Made by a program: the position numbers and the translations under genes. Positions 41,723 to 53,670 of a DNA stretch of 64,000 bases are shown one piece after another. Under the pieces are notes generated by a model, which saw only the letters and a program-made list of their open reading frames with translations, had not been told where the DNA came from and did not search any database. Source of the stretch: the human T2T-CHM13v2.0 reference genome, Homo sapiens; NCBI RefSeq assembly GCF_009914755.1, contig NC_060925.1. One strand, written 5' to 3'. Position 1 is the first letter of the stretch; every line of letters begins with the position of its first letter.

Positions 41723-44700
41723 GAACCACTGGATTCAGGAGAGGAGAGTTAAAGTCTTCTTTTCAAAGTAGAAAATAATTAATGGTCTTTCACTCATTCC
41801 ACAAATATTTATTAGGCAATTGTGTTTTGCTAGGCACTGAGGACACAGTGTTCACAGTCTGGTGTTCATGTACAGCAGACAAGGTACTCACATGTACCTA
41901 GATGTTTACTTCCTTTCATTCTTGCTCCAAATATATTCATTATCTTCCTAAATAGGAAGTATGGCCCTTAGGAAGCAGCATGCCATCTCCTCCTGGAAGT
42001 CTTCCCAAGCCCCAAGGTGGGGGGCCAAATGCCTCTCTGTGTACCCCAGAAGCTGTTTCTAGCTGCCCTCTCTCTGCAAGACCCTGAATCTTCATTCTAA
42101 CTCCCCCTCCCAAACTGTCTCCTCCTGCAGGGCACTTAAACCTATGCTAACTCTCCCCGCTCTCTCCTTAACTTTGCTGCCTGGATAAGCCATTAGCCTT
42201 ATATGGAAATGTAACTTCTAAGAACTCAACTGCATAGGATCGGGGCTGCAGAGTGGGGAAAATAATAGCAATCTCTGTATTAGCTTCCCTCACAGCCGTG
42301 ACTCCTGTCCAAACTAGACGTTGTCCAGTGTGAAGGACACTTCAGCAGGGAAGCCACAGCTGGAATACACAGAGGAATGAAAGAGGAGATCCTCAGGCCC
42401 TGCACTTCCAAGGGCCCACATCGAGATCTGGCAGCAAGTTCAGAGTGATTTTTAGTATGCAATTTTTTTTTAACCTATGTAGACCTTAGAAGCTAAACCC
42501 ACCCACGTCTTGCCACGAGGCTCTTCAGATCCCAGGCACTCGGCAAGGTGCCCAGCACATCATAGGTGCTCTGCAAAGGTTCATGGAGCTGAAATGAGCT
42601 GAAGCTGATACTATTGCTTTGTTACTTCTATGTTCATTCTAATTTCATAGAGAAAGCGCAGGCACCATGATCTGCACTGAATGGCTCCCTGCCTAAGGGA
42701 AGCTATTGTTTGCACAATGTCCTCAGCCAGGAAGCACAGCTCAGGTGGCAGCAGTTCCCCAGACTGCAAGTGTGGCACCAGAAGGCTGACAAAATGCTCC
42801 TGGCATTGCCGGCCTGCAACCCCAGCCCCTAAGGACACGGACCCGATCACCAAGAACGCACAAACTCTGATGAGGACAAGTGTCTCTCCGAGTCCCTACC
42901 TGGCAGCAGCGCCTGCAAAGCAACCCCTGTCACCCTCCAGAGGAGGCTCGTGGGAGCCCATCAGCCGTGTCGGGACCTTGGGACCCTCCACTCAGACACC
43001 TGTTCTAAGAGCTTCCCCCGAGAGGGGCCGAGGGAGGGTACTACACGCAAGGCCAATATGTCAATGAAGTACCCTGTGCTGTTCATTAAAACCTGAAAAT
43101 GAAGCTTGGGAATTTCATTAACAATCCAAGTGCAAAGAAGAGAGGTTTTTGGGGATATTTTTAACACATCTATAATCTTTCATTAACAGCTAGAAATTTA
43201 GATTGCTGTACATAAGTGATAGACAATGAAACAGAAAAGGGATTTCTGAGAGTCTCTCGGCTGTCAGCATTGTGAGCAGCTGGGAGGGTCACTCCGTAGT
43301 CATCTGTCACACCTCCCTGGAGAAGGCCTTGTGAGCCAGGGGCACCTCAGGAGGCCAGGGTGCAGCACCAGAAGCAGGGGCCCTGGCTCACCAGGGCTAG
43401 AAGGAGCAGCCAGCCCCAAACAAGCAGCAGGGTTTACAAAAGGACAATAAATTGATGGAATCGCCCAAGTCTGCAAAGCCCTGCTCCTCCCCCCGCCTCC
43501 CCATCCCCACCCCTGGATGGGCAAGGGGGTGGGGCAGGGACTAGAGGGGGTAATGGAGGAGGTAATGGAGTGGCCTTCTGGGGTGGACACCACTATTGTG
43601 TCCCCTCCTACAGACAAAGGAAGAAGCTCAGCAGGGCTGAGTCACTTGCTCCTGAGACACAGTCTTCTGGGTCTCTGGTGGTTCTGCTCATCTTGGATAT
43701 AGCCATCTATAGTGTTTGCTCCGGACTATCTTTCCAGGAATGTTTGAATAGTGAACAACCTTGGAAGATAGAGGCTCTCTCCCTCCAGGGCAGAGGCAGG
43801 CTTGTTTGGACTCCAGTGTAATAAAGATAATGTCCCCCTCAAGGGCAAAGGCCAGGCAGGTGTGCTTGTAGTCCACTCAGCAAGACAGGGTTCCCTCAGA
43901 TGGGGTCCTTGGCTGGGACACAGACCCCCTACATATGCAGCATCCACCTGGGCCTCTCAGTATCACAGCCATGGGGTTTAGAGGCAGAGGGGATCCATGA
44001 GGACCATGAAACTTGGGCTGCCTGCTGGGTGGCAAGTAACAACAACAGCTGTCTCTGCCCCAGGAATTTCATGTCTTCTGCCAGCATCAAGGGAAGGGTG
44101 GCAGGCTCACCTGTTAGCTTGAAAATAGGGTGAAATCACAGACAGTCCACAATTATTGGTGCTTGCCCAAGCCCACACAGTCACAATGGCAGGCTAGGAT
44201 TCAATCTCAATGGACTCCAGCACCACATGTTTCCCAGGCTGTGATCAGGGGACCATCTGCATCAGAAGGAACTGCTGGGCTCCTCCACTGACCTACAGAG
44301 TCACATCTTCAGAGAGAGACATGGGGTCTACGCTCCCATCAAGTCCCCATCTCAGTCCAGAAGCATCCCCAAGTCTGAAAGGCTCACCCTCCACGGCAAT
44401 GCCCCATTCTCTAGTGTGCACAAGTCACAGACATCTGGGCTTGAAGAGCTCCTGGCCAGCCTGGGGGTTGGTGAAGCATGCAGGACAGACAAGAGAGCCA
44501 AGAAAAGATGGCAGATCAAGGCAGGCCCACACTGCTTAAAGTGTGGAGTTTCCTGGGCCCAGACTCTAGGAACTGCTACATGGGGTCCTGGGCCGCCCAA
44601 TCCCGGGTCCCCTCCTGGTAGCAGGGACAGTGGGGACTTGACTGCTTTGTTTGCTGCTAAGCCACCCCTCGCCCCCGTGCCTAGAATAGCACCTGGCACA

Positions 44701-44968
44701 TAGGAGGGATTCAAAAGTTACTGAAGAAAGGGACAGGAGGAGAAGGCAGATATGGGAGCAGGGAGAGAGGGAGCAAGGAGAAGAAAGGGGATCAAGGCAA
44801 GGTGCCCTTGAGGGCTGAAACTGGGATACTGCTTCCAAGTCCCAGAGTCCGGAAAGCTCAGCAACAAGTGTGCCGCCTGCAGCCTGCCGGCCAGAGACTC
44901 ACTCAGAAGCCCCAATGCCAGATCGGGCCTGTACCACACACCTACCCAGCAAAAACATGTTGAAGGAA

Positions 44969-45028
44969 TGAGTGAGTGAGTGAGTGAGTGAGTGAGTGAG
45001 TCAGTCAGTCAGTCAGTCAGTCAGTCAG
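44969..45028. repeat. compound STR (TGAG)8(TCAG)7
   Basis: read directly. Confidence 0.97.
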
Positions 45029-45924
45029 TGAACACCTCACAGTGACATCCTGTACCTGGACTTGCAGGTGCAGGCGCCAGACAGTGCGGAGGCTGGAGAC
45101 GGCTGCTGTCCCCAGGACTGTGGGTGTCACTGTGCAGAAAGGACACCCATATAAAAAGTGCGTAGCTCTTAACTACACCCGATGAGCGAGGAAACAGGCT
45201 CAGGACCCCAAGGAATCTCACCCCAGAGCAAACTGCTGGAAAGTAGGGGAGGCAGGAAGCTGCCAGGAGCTCTCCAGACTCCAAATCCAGTGCTCTTTTT
45301 CCCTGAGGCTGACGGCAAGGGCACAACCCACCCCACAGTGCCCCTCAAAGAGCCAGGGCCCCCAGATGCCTGCAATCTACGGCATCCCAGTGGCCCACCC
45401 CGACCAGAAGAGGCTCCGGACGGTTGGCCTGCCTGCTGCCAAACAAATGGGGTCTCCAGCAGCCACCTCGAGGTGCACCATTAAGCTACAGAGGCTGCAG
45501 CTCAGGCTGAATGTCACTTTATTAAGCTTTTCTGCTGGCATTAAAGGTTAGCCACATCCAATCTCACTCATGCCACCTGCACCCCACTCAGCACGCGTGC
45601 TGAATCATTAAAGGGAGAACAAGGTTTCTGAGAAGAACTGCTGTAGCCTTCTCCAGGAAAACAGCCTCTCAGAAGCCGGGGCTGGGGGCAAAGCCTCTGA
45701 CAGAGAGGCCAATGGGACCCAAGGGTCCAGGTCCCCACCTCTCCTTGCCCAGTGGCCTTTTCTGAGCAGCCTGGGGCTGGCCGTGGGTGTGGAAGGCAAC
45801 CAGCTCTGTGTCTCCCAGGCTGGCATCTGCTCTGCTGAAAACATAGCTGTTTGTCTAGGGATTGTGTTTTCCTTGGAAAGTTTTTTGACGGGTTTGCTTT
45901 GGGGTTTTGGAAAGAGAAAGACTG

Positions 45925-46972
45925 GGTTTTTGTTTGGATTCAGGGGGCACACATGCAGGTTTGTTACGTGAGTATATTGCGTGATGCTGAGGTTTGGCCT
46001 TCTAATGATTCCGCCCCCCTAGGTGGCGAACATAGAACCTGATAGGTAGGTTTTCAGCCCTTGCCCCCTTCCCTCCCCTGTCTAGAAACGCCCAGTGTCT
46101 GTACTTCCCATTTTTGTGTCTGCGCATACCCAGTGTTTAGCTCTCCCTTACGGTTGGGAACATGTGCTGTTTGGTTTTCTGTTTCTGCATTAATTAGCTT
46201 AGGATAATGGATTCCAGCTGCATTCATGTTGCTGCAAAGGCCATAATTTCATTTTTTATGGCAGTGTAGTATTCCATGGTGTACATGTACCCCATTTTCT
46301 TTATCCAATACACCCTGATGGGCACCTGGATTGATTCCGTGTCTTTGCTATTGTGAATAGTGCTTCAATAAACATTTCAGTGCAGGTGTCTTTTTGGTAG
46401 GACCATTTATTTTCTTTTGGGTATATACCCAGTGATGAGATTGCTGGGTCGAATGATAATTCTGTTTTTTGTTCTTTGAGAAATCTCCAAACTGCTTTCC
46501 ACAGGGGCTGATCTCATTTGCATTCCCACTAACAATGGATAAGCATTCTCTTTTCTCCAAAGCCTCACCAACATCTGTTATTTTTTTACTTTTTAATAAT
46601 TGCCATTCTGACTGGCGTGAGATGCTGTCTCACTGTGGTTTTGATTTGCACGTCTCTAATGATTAGTGATGTTGAGAATTTTCTCATGTGTTTGTTGGCA
46701 AACTTTATGTCTTCTTTTGAGAAGTGTCTGTTCATGTCCTTTGCCCACTTTTCAATGGGATTATTTGGTTTTTTTGCTTGCTGATTTGTTTAAGTTCCTT
46801 ATAGATTCTGGAAATCAGACCTTTGTCAGATGCACAGTTTGCAAATATTTTCTCCCCTTCTGTAGGCTGTCTGTTTACTCTGTTGATATTTTAATAGTTT
46901 CTTTTGCTGTGCGGAGGTCCCATTTGTCTATTTTTTATTTTGTTGCATTTGCTTTTGGGTTCTTCATCACGA
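45925..46972 (-). mobile_element. L1PA15/16-like 3' fragment
   Basis: CATGCAGGTTTGTTAC...ATTGCGTGATGCTGAGGTTTGG; antisense ORF2 end. Confidence 0.88.
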
Positions 46973-46992
46973 ATTCTGAAAGACATTCTTTT

Positions 46993-47867
46993 ATTATTTT
47001 TTTTTTTGCAGTGGGATACATATTTTTATTATTATTACTATTATTATTATTTTTTTTAAATTATACTTTAAGTTTTAGGTACATGTGCACATTGTGCAGG
47101 TTAGTTACATATGTATACATGTGCCATGCTGGTGCGCTGCACCCACTAACTCGTCATCTAGCATTAGGTATATCTCCCAATGCTATCCCTCCCCCCTCCC
47201 CCCTCCCCACCACAGTCCCCAGAGTGTGATATTCCCCTTCCTGTGTCCATGTGATCTCATTGTTCAATTCCCACCTATGAGTGAGAATATGCGGTGTTTG
47301 GTTTTTTGTTCTTGCGATAGTTTACTGAGAATGATGGTTTCCAATTTCATCCATGTCCCTACAAAGGACACGAACTCATCATTTTTTATGGCTGCATAGT
47401 ATTCCATGGTGTATATGTGCCACATTTTCTTAATCCAGTCTATCATTGTTGGACATTTGGGTTGGTTCCAAGTCTTTGCTATTGTGAATAATGCCATGAA
47501 CAGACACTTCTCAAAAGAAGACATTTATGCAGCCAAAAAACACATGAAAAAGTGCTCGTCATCACTGGCCATCAGAGAAATGCAAATCAAAACCACTATG
47601 AGATATCATCTCACACCAGTAAGAATGGCAATCATTAAAAAGTCAGGAAACAACAGGTGCTGGAGAGGATGTGGAGAAACAGGAACACTTTTACACTGTT
47701 GGTGGGACTGTAAACTAGTTCAACCATTGTGGAAGTCAGTGTGGCGATTCCTCAGGGATCTAGAACTAGAAATACCATTTGACCCAGCCATCCCATTACT
47801 GGGTATATACCCAAATGACTATAAATCATGCTGCTATAAAGACACATGCACACGTATGTTTATTGCC
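46993..47867 (-). mobile_element. young L1 (L1PA2-like) with 5' inversion and short 3' transduction
   Basis: 3' part 47060-47495 (minus), inverted part 47496-47866 (plus) with open ORF2 CCHC region; GAG (non-Ta) diagnostic; TSD ACATTCTTTT. Confidence 0.95.
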
Positions 47868-47936
47868 ACATTCTTTTAAAAACAAACTCTCAGGCATGCC
47901 AGTGGCAACTGTGCCCCTGAAGGGGTGGTGGCCCAT

Positions 47937-48186
47937 GCACAGCTTCCGTCTCCCATCAGTCCACACACAGCTTCCGTCCCCCATCAGTCCACGCACAGCT
48001 TCCGTCCCCCATCAGTCCACGCACAGCTTCCGTCCCCCATCAGTCCACGCACAGCTTCCGTCCCCCATCAGTCCACGCACAGCTTCCGTCCCCCATCAGT
48101 CCACGCACAGCTTCTGTCTCCCATCAGTCCACGCACAGCTTCCGTCTCCCATCAGTCCACGCACAGCTTCTGTCTCCCGTCAGTCC
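47937..48186. repeat. VNTR, 28-bp unit x ~9
   Basis: unit GCACAGCTTCCGTCCCCCATCAGTCCAC. Confidence 0.97.
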
Positions 48187-50324
48187 GGTACTCCAGCAGC
48201 GGTGAAAATCTCCTCAGTTCTTGTCTGTTCCATAAGGCCAGCCCACCATCTGAGCCCCAAACTCGAGTGCTCACCCTGCAGCCCGGGTTGGGATGTCTGT
48301 GCTCCAGGCTGGAGACCACAGTGAACCTCCGCACAGATGTGCCTCCACCACCAGCTGTGTGCCTGCTGCTCTGTAGCCCCTGGGATTCACAGGTAAGCCA
48401 GGTGCAAGGTTTGGTAAAAATGAATTCCAGCACCCTCGCTTGTGCCTGTGGGGTGCCCTGTGGCTTCCCCACGATTTCTGCAAGCCCTGGGGCCTCTGCC
48501 ATCCTACTTCCATCTGCTCCAGGTTTGGCATCCGCTGAGCTCTCTTGACTCACTGTCTCTCACTCAGCTGTCTCTTCTCTTGTCTCTGCGATGAAGCTTC
48601 TAGCATTCTCAGCCCTGACTCCCAACACCTCCCCACATACTCTGCCTGCATCAGACCTGACAAAGGTTTCTTCAGGGGGATTTTATAGTCAGAATGGCAG
48701 AGTAGAGGAAGGCAGGTGGGAATATTGGCAGCCCTTTGGCCATCCAGCCACTTCTCAAAGGCTGTGCTTTCTGGAAGGTTCTCCAATTAGAAGCACCCAC
48801 CAATCGGAAAAATTAAATCAAGGAAGTTCCTGGAACAAAGAAGGACTCAGTGCTTTAGTTCTGGATGCTCGAGTAGCAGGCATTGTGGAAGGATCTTCAC
48901 ACCAGCTCCTGAGCCTGCATTCCTGTGTCAGCAAAACACCATCATAGTATCAGCATCAAATCCTGTAACCGGCTGTGAGAGGCTCTGGGCCGGGTTCTGT
49001 ACACACAGGACCCCTGAGACGTCACTCCACCTTTGGATGTGAAATGTCCAGGGTTCAGCCCTCTGCGAACTGGAGGGGGACCCCAGGCACCCACCCTGCC
49101 TTCTCTAATGAGTCCATGGCCCCCTATCTCTTGCACCTTAAGGGACCTGGAACCTTAACGGTCCCCACGCACCCTCCCCTGTCTCTGTGAACCTGCCACT
49201 GAAGCCCTCTGCCGGAGCTGCTTCCTCTCACAGGCCAGAGCAATTTACCTGAATCATTTATGGTGGCATAAAGGTGGGGGAACGTTTGGAATCCCGAGTG
49301 GCCCCTTGGGAACCACTGCCACTCTGCAGCATTCCCAGGGAGCCCCCAGCCCTTACCCAGGCTCAGGGGGCGGGGGGAACCATCTCCCTGCAGCCAAATC
49401 CCACTTCCCATGGCTCTCCACTGGATTTTATTCTAAAGCACATTTACTCCTGGAAACTAATTCAACATGCCTCAGAATGGTTGAAATCATCACATAAGCA
49501 GCTGACCTTTAAAGACGGGGCCAGAGGTGGCAAGACACAGTTGCATCGGCTCGGGGTAAGGAGCTGCTGCAGGGGACAGGCCTGTGCCCGCTGCAGGGGC
49601 TTTGAGTAGAAACATCAGGAGGCAGAGCCTCCAACTCACAGCACAGGCAAAGCCGGAGTGGGGCACACAGGGACCCCACCTGGCCCCCGCCACCCACCTG
49701 CAACGTGGGAGACCAGCAATAGAGGTGTCAGTGAACTGAGATGCAGGATAGGATGCACACATTGATAAATCAGACTTGGCCCTATGCCTGCCAGCCCGGC
49801 AGAAGCTGCTGACCAGGCACTGGGCATCCTGAGCTCCCTTTACTCTGAGCTGCCCTTCCCTGCCTTCACTGGCCCAATCCCCTCCACCATTTGTAAATCT
49901 GCTTTTCACCCAGCAGTGAACCTCCACCCCAGCACCTTTCCATCCCATATGGGAATTTCCTTCCCAGCACTTTGCACACCTGAAACTTGAGCAGAACACT
50001 GATTTCTTCCGGGTAGAGCTAAACTGAAGAGACTGCATCTTACTCACTGTTCGGTGTTTCCAGCACATAGTAGGCACACAGCAAAATGATAAAAATGAAG
50101 AGCAAATGTCTATCACACATACGTTCAACCTCCCTACTAATCAAAGAAATGGAAATTAAAATGAGATTCCCTTTCACCTTCAAACTGATTTTTTTTTAAA
50201 TTCATAAATGAAAAGATACAATTCCAGGCAGGTAAGGTTAGAGGAAGACAGACCTTCCCAAACACTGAGGACAGGGGATATAAATGGGCATAGGCATCTA
50301 GAAAACAACCTGTCACTTTATGTC

Positions 50325-50650
50325 TATCAGCTAGACTAGGCCAAGTTATGCTATAGAAACAACAATGGAAAATCTACCAGGGCACAGCAAAGTTCTGACC
50401 CTTCCTCACACCACATGTTGGGAGCAGTGGGTGTTAGGCTGCGGGGAGTGCTCTGGGCGTCATAGTGTTCCTCACTCTTGGACCCAAGCTGATGAAGCAG
50501 AAAACATCTAGAATGTTGTTGCAGAATATGGAGGAGGAAAAGAAATGTGGCATAACAAGAAGTGGCTCTTAAACTTTTGCCCACTGATGGCACATCACTT
50601 CTGCTCATATTTCATTGGCCAAAACAGTCACATGGTCATGTGCTTTGACT
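50325..50650 (-). mobile_element. old MLT1 LTR fragment
   Basis: TTATGCTATAGAAACAAC; CACATCACTTCTGCTCATATTTCATTGGCCAAAACAGTCACATGG. Confidence 0.6.
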
Positions 50651-50669
50651 TCAAGCACAACTATGTGAT

Positions 50670-50820
50670 GAAGGAAGGAAGGAAGGAAAGAGGGAAGGAA
50701 GGAAGGAAAGAAGGAAGGAAGGAAGGAAGAAAAAGAAAAGAGAGAAAGAGAAAGAAAAAGAGAGAGAGAGATGGGTGGGTGGATGGATGGGATGGATGGA
50801 TGGATGATGGATGGACAGAT

Positions 50821-50860
<40 letters not shown>

Positions 50861-52622
50861 CATACATACATACATACATACATACATACATACATACATA
50901 GATGAATAGGTGGATAGATGAATGGATAGATAGATAGACAAAGGCATAGCTAGGTGCATAGATAGATGGACAGGTGGATGGATCAATGGATAGGTAAATA
51001 AACAGATGATAGGTAGATGCATAGAGAGATAAATAGATAGGTAGATGAATGGATGGATAGGTGGATGGATGGATGAATTAGATAGATAGAGTAGGGGGGA
51101 AAGAATGGATAAACAAATGTATGCTCCATGAGAGCATAAATTTTTTTTTTTTTTTTTGAGACAGAGTCTCGCACTGTGGCCCGGGCTGGGGTGCTGAGGT
51201 GCAATGGCACAATTTCAGCTCACTGCAACCTCCTCAGCTGGGATTACAGGCTCACACTAACACACCCAGCTATTTCTATGTATTTTTAATAGAGACAGGG
51301 TTTCGCTATGTTGGTCAGATGGGTCTCAAACTCCTGACCTCATGATCCGCCTGCCTTGGCCTCCGAAAGTGCTGGGATTACAGGCGTGAGCCACTGCACC
51401 CGGCCGACTTTTGTTGTTTTTAATGGCAATGATTTTTATCTGTTTTGAACAGCACTTCGCACATACTACCTTTTTGTTAGCTGGATGGATGATGGATAGA
51501 TGGATGGATGGATGGATGGATGGGTGATGGGTGGATGATGAACGGATGATGGATGGATGGTGGATAGAATGATGGGTGGATGATAGTTGGAAGGATAATG
51601 GATGGTTGGATGATGGATGAATGATGGATGGATGGTGGACGGATAATAGATAGATGGATGAGGGATGAATGATGGATGGATGGATGATAGAGGGATGAAT
51701 GATGGATGGATGGTGGATGGATAATGAACGGATAATGGATAATGGATGATGGATGAAGGACGGATGGATGGATGAATGGTTGACAGATGGATGATGGATG
51801 GATGAATGATGGATGGATGAATGGATGATGGGTAGATAATGGATGAATGGATGATGGATGATGAACAGATGGACAGATGGATGGATGATGAATGGATGAT
51901 AGTTGGATGGATGGATGATGAATGGATGATGGGTGGATGGATGAATGAATTAAATAGATAGAGTCGGGGAAAAGAATGGATAAATAAACATGTGCTCCAT
52001 AAGGGGATAGACTTTTGTTGTTTTTAATGGCAATGATTTTTATCTGTTTTGAACAGCTCTTCACACATAGCACCTCTTTGTTAGCTGGATGGAGGATGGA
52101 TGGATGGATGGATGGATGGATGGATGGATGGATGGATGGATGATGGGTGGCTGATTGTTGGATGATATATGAATGGATGGTGGATGGGTGATGGATAGAT
52201 GGATGGATAATGGATAATGGTTACATGGGTGATGGATGGATAATGGATGAATGGATGATGGATGAATGGATAATGGATGATGAATGGATGGACAGATGGA
52301 TGGATGAGATTGGATGATAGTTGGATGGATGGATGATGGGTGGATTGATGAATGAATTAGATAGATAGAGTCGGGGGAAGAATGGATAAACATATGCTCC
52401 ATGAGGGCATACACTTTTGTTGTTTTTAATGGCAATGATTTTTATCTGTTTTGAACAGCACTTCACGCATAGCACCTTTTTGTTAGCTGGATGGATGACA
52501 GATGATGGATGGATGGATGGATGGATGGACGGTGGATGGGTGGCTGATAGATGGATGATGGATGGATCATGAGTGGATGACGAATGGATGATGGAGACAG
52601 ATGGATAATGGATGGATGGATG
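50670..52622. repeat. compound simple-repeat field (GGAA, AGAT, ACAT, GGAT) with three copies of a ~135-bp core
   Basis: core copies near 51081-51485, 51954-52090, 52360-52492. Confidence 0.93.
51141..51405 (-). mobile_element. AluS with internal deletion
   Basis: poly-T, GAGACAGAGTCTCGC...GCGTGAGCCACTGCACCCGGCC. Confidence 0.9.
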
Positions 52623-52984
52623 AGAAGTGAAAGGGCACTAGCAAGAGCAAGAGTGAAGGCGGAACTAAGAGCAAGCCCATACATGGAAAAAATCAACCTA
52701 CATGGCCCATAAGGAAAGGATCTAATCTCTCCATGGCTGAATGGTGTTGGAAGAGAAGTCTTATTTTTAATATAAATTCAGTTGTGTCCCAAAAGTATAC
52801 ATTTGGGGCATTTGGGGTGTTATGATCTTTGTTTTGTTACTGTAATTTCAGAGAAATGCTCAAAGACTCTGAGGAGTTTTCTCTCTTCTCTCTCTGTCTC
52901 TTTCTCCCTCTAGCTCTCTCTCCCTCCCTTCCTCCCTCCCCCACCCTTCTCCATAGCCTTCCTTCCTCCCCTCCCGCTTCACAA

Positions 52985-53670
52985 GAGCACATTGAACACC
53001 ACCTCTGTCATGTCCCAAGCCAGGCACCAAGGTCACAAGCATCTTCCACTGGAAGAGAAACAAGTAAACAGGTCTTCAGGACACAAGAGACACAGCACAA
53101 TGACAGAGGTAAATCCAGGGAATGGGGAACCAAGATAACTGGCATCTGATGATTCAGGAGGATCAGGGAAAGTAACCCAGAAAATGTGGCACCTGAACTA
53201 TCTCCTGAAAGATGAGGAAGAGTTGGTCAGGTCAACGCTGGGCAGCAGCTTACAGGACAGGAACAGTGCAGACACAAATGAGACTTAGAAAGTGTATTCA
53301 TCAGCTCAGACCAACTGCCATAACAAACAATCCCAACACCTTAGTGACTTCATAAAATCCAAGTTACATCTCACCACCAGGCAGCCATCCAAAACTTGTG
53401 TTCCTGGACAGATGGTGCTCCTGGCTGGCTCCCTCCCAAGCAGACCAAGGTCCTTCCATCCTCTAGGTCCTTGGAGTCACTCTCCCTCCATCCAGAGTCA
53501 CACTGTGAGGGTGTCATGGGCCAGAACCAGAAGGGGTGCACTTTGCCTGTTCCTCCCACTATCCGTGGCCAGAAAGTAGTCACCTGGCTGCCCCTAACTG
53601 CAAGGAGGTCCAGGAAATGTCATCTGGCTGAGTACCAGGAGGATAAAGGAAATGTCTATCCAGTTTGGAA
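52985..53670 (-). mobile_element. L2 fragment (to ~53280) followed by old MLT1 LTR
   Basis: L2-like AGGAGGATCAGGGAAAGT...CCTGAAAGATGAGGAAGAGTT; MLT1-like GGCCAGAAAGTAGTCACCTGGC...AACTGCAAGGAGG. Confidence 0.55.

Noticed and set aside
46016-46030. CTCF-like CCCCTAGGTGGCG within an old L1
   Set aside because: Single partial motif match with no supporting evidence.
47406-47879. 157-aa ORF with real protein similarity
   Set aside because: L1 ORF2 C-terminal fragment in the inverted segment, not a host gene.
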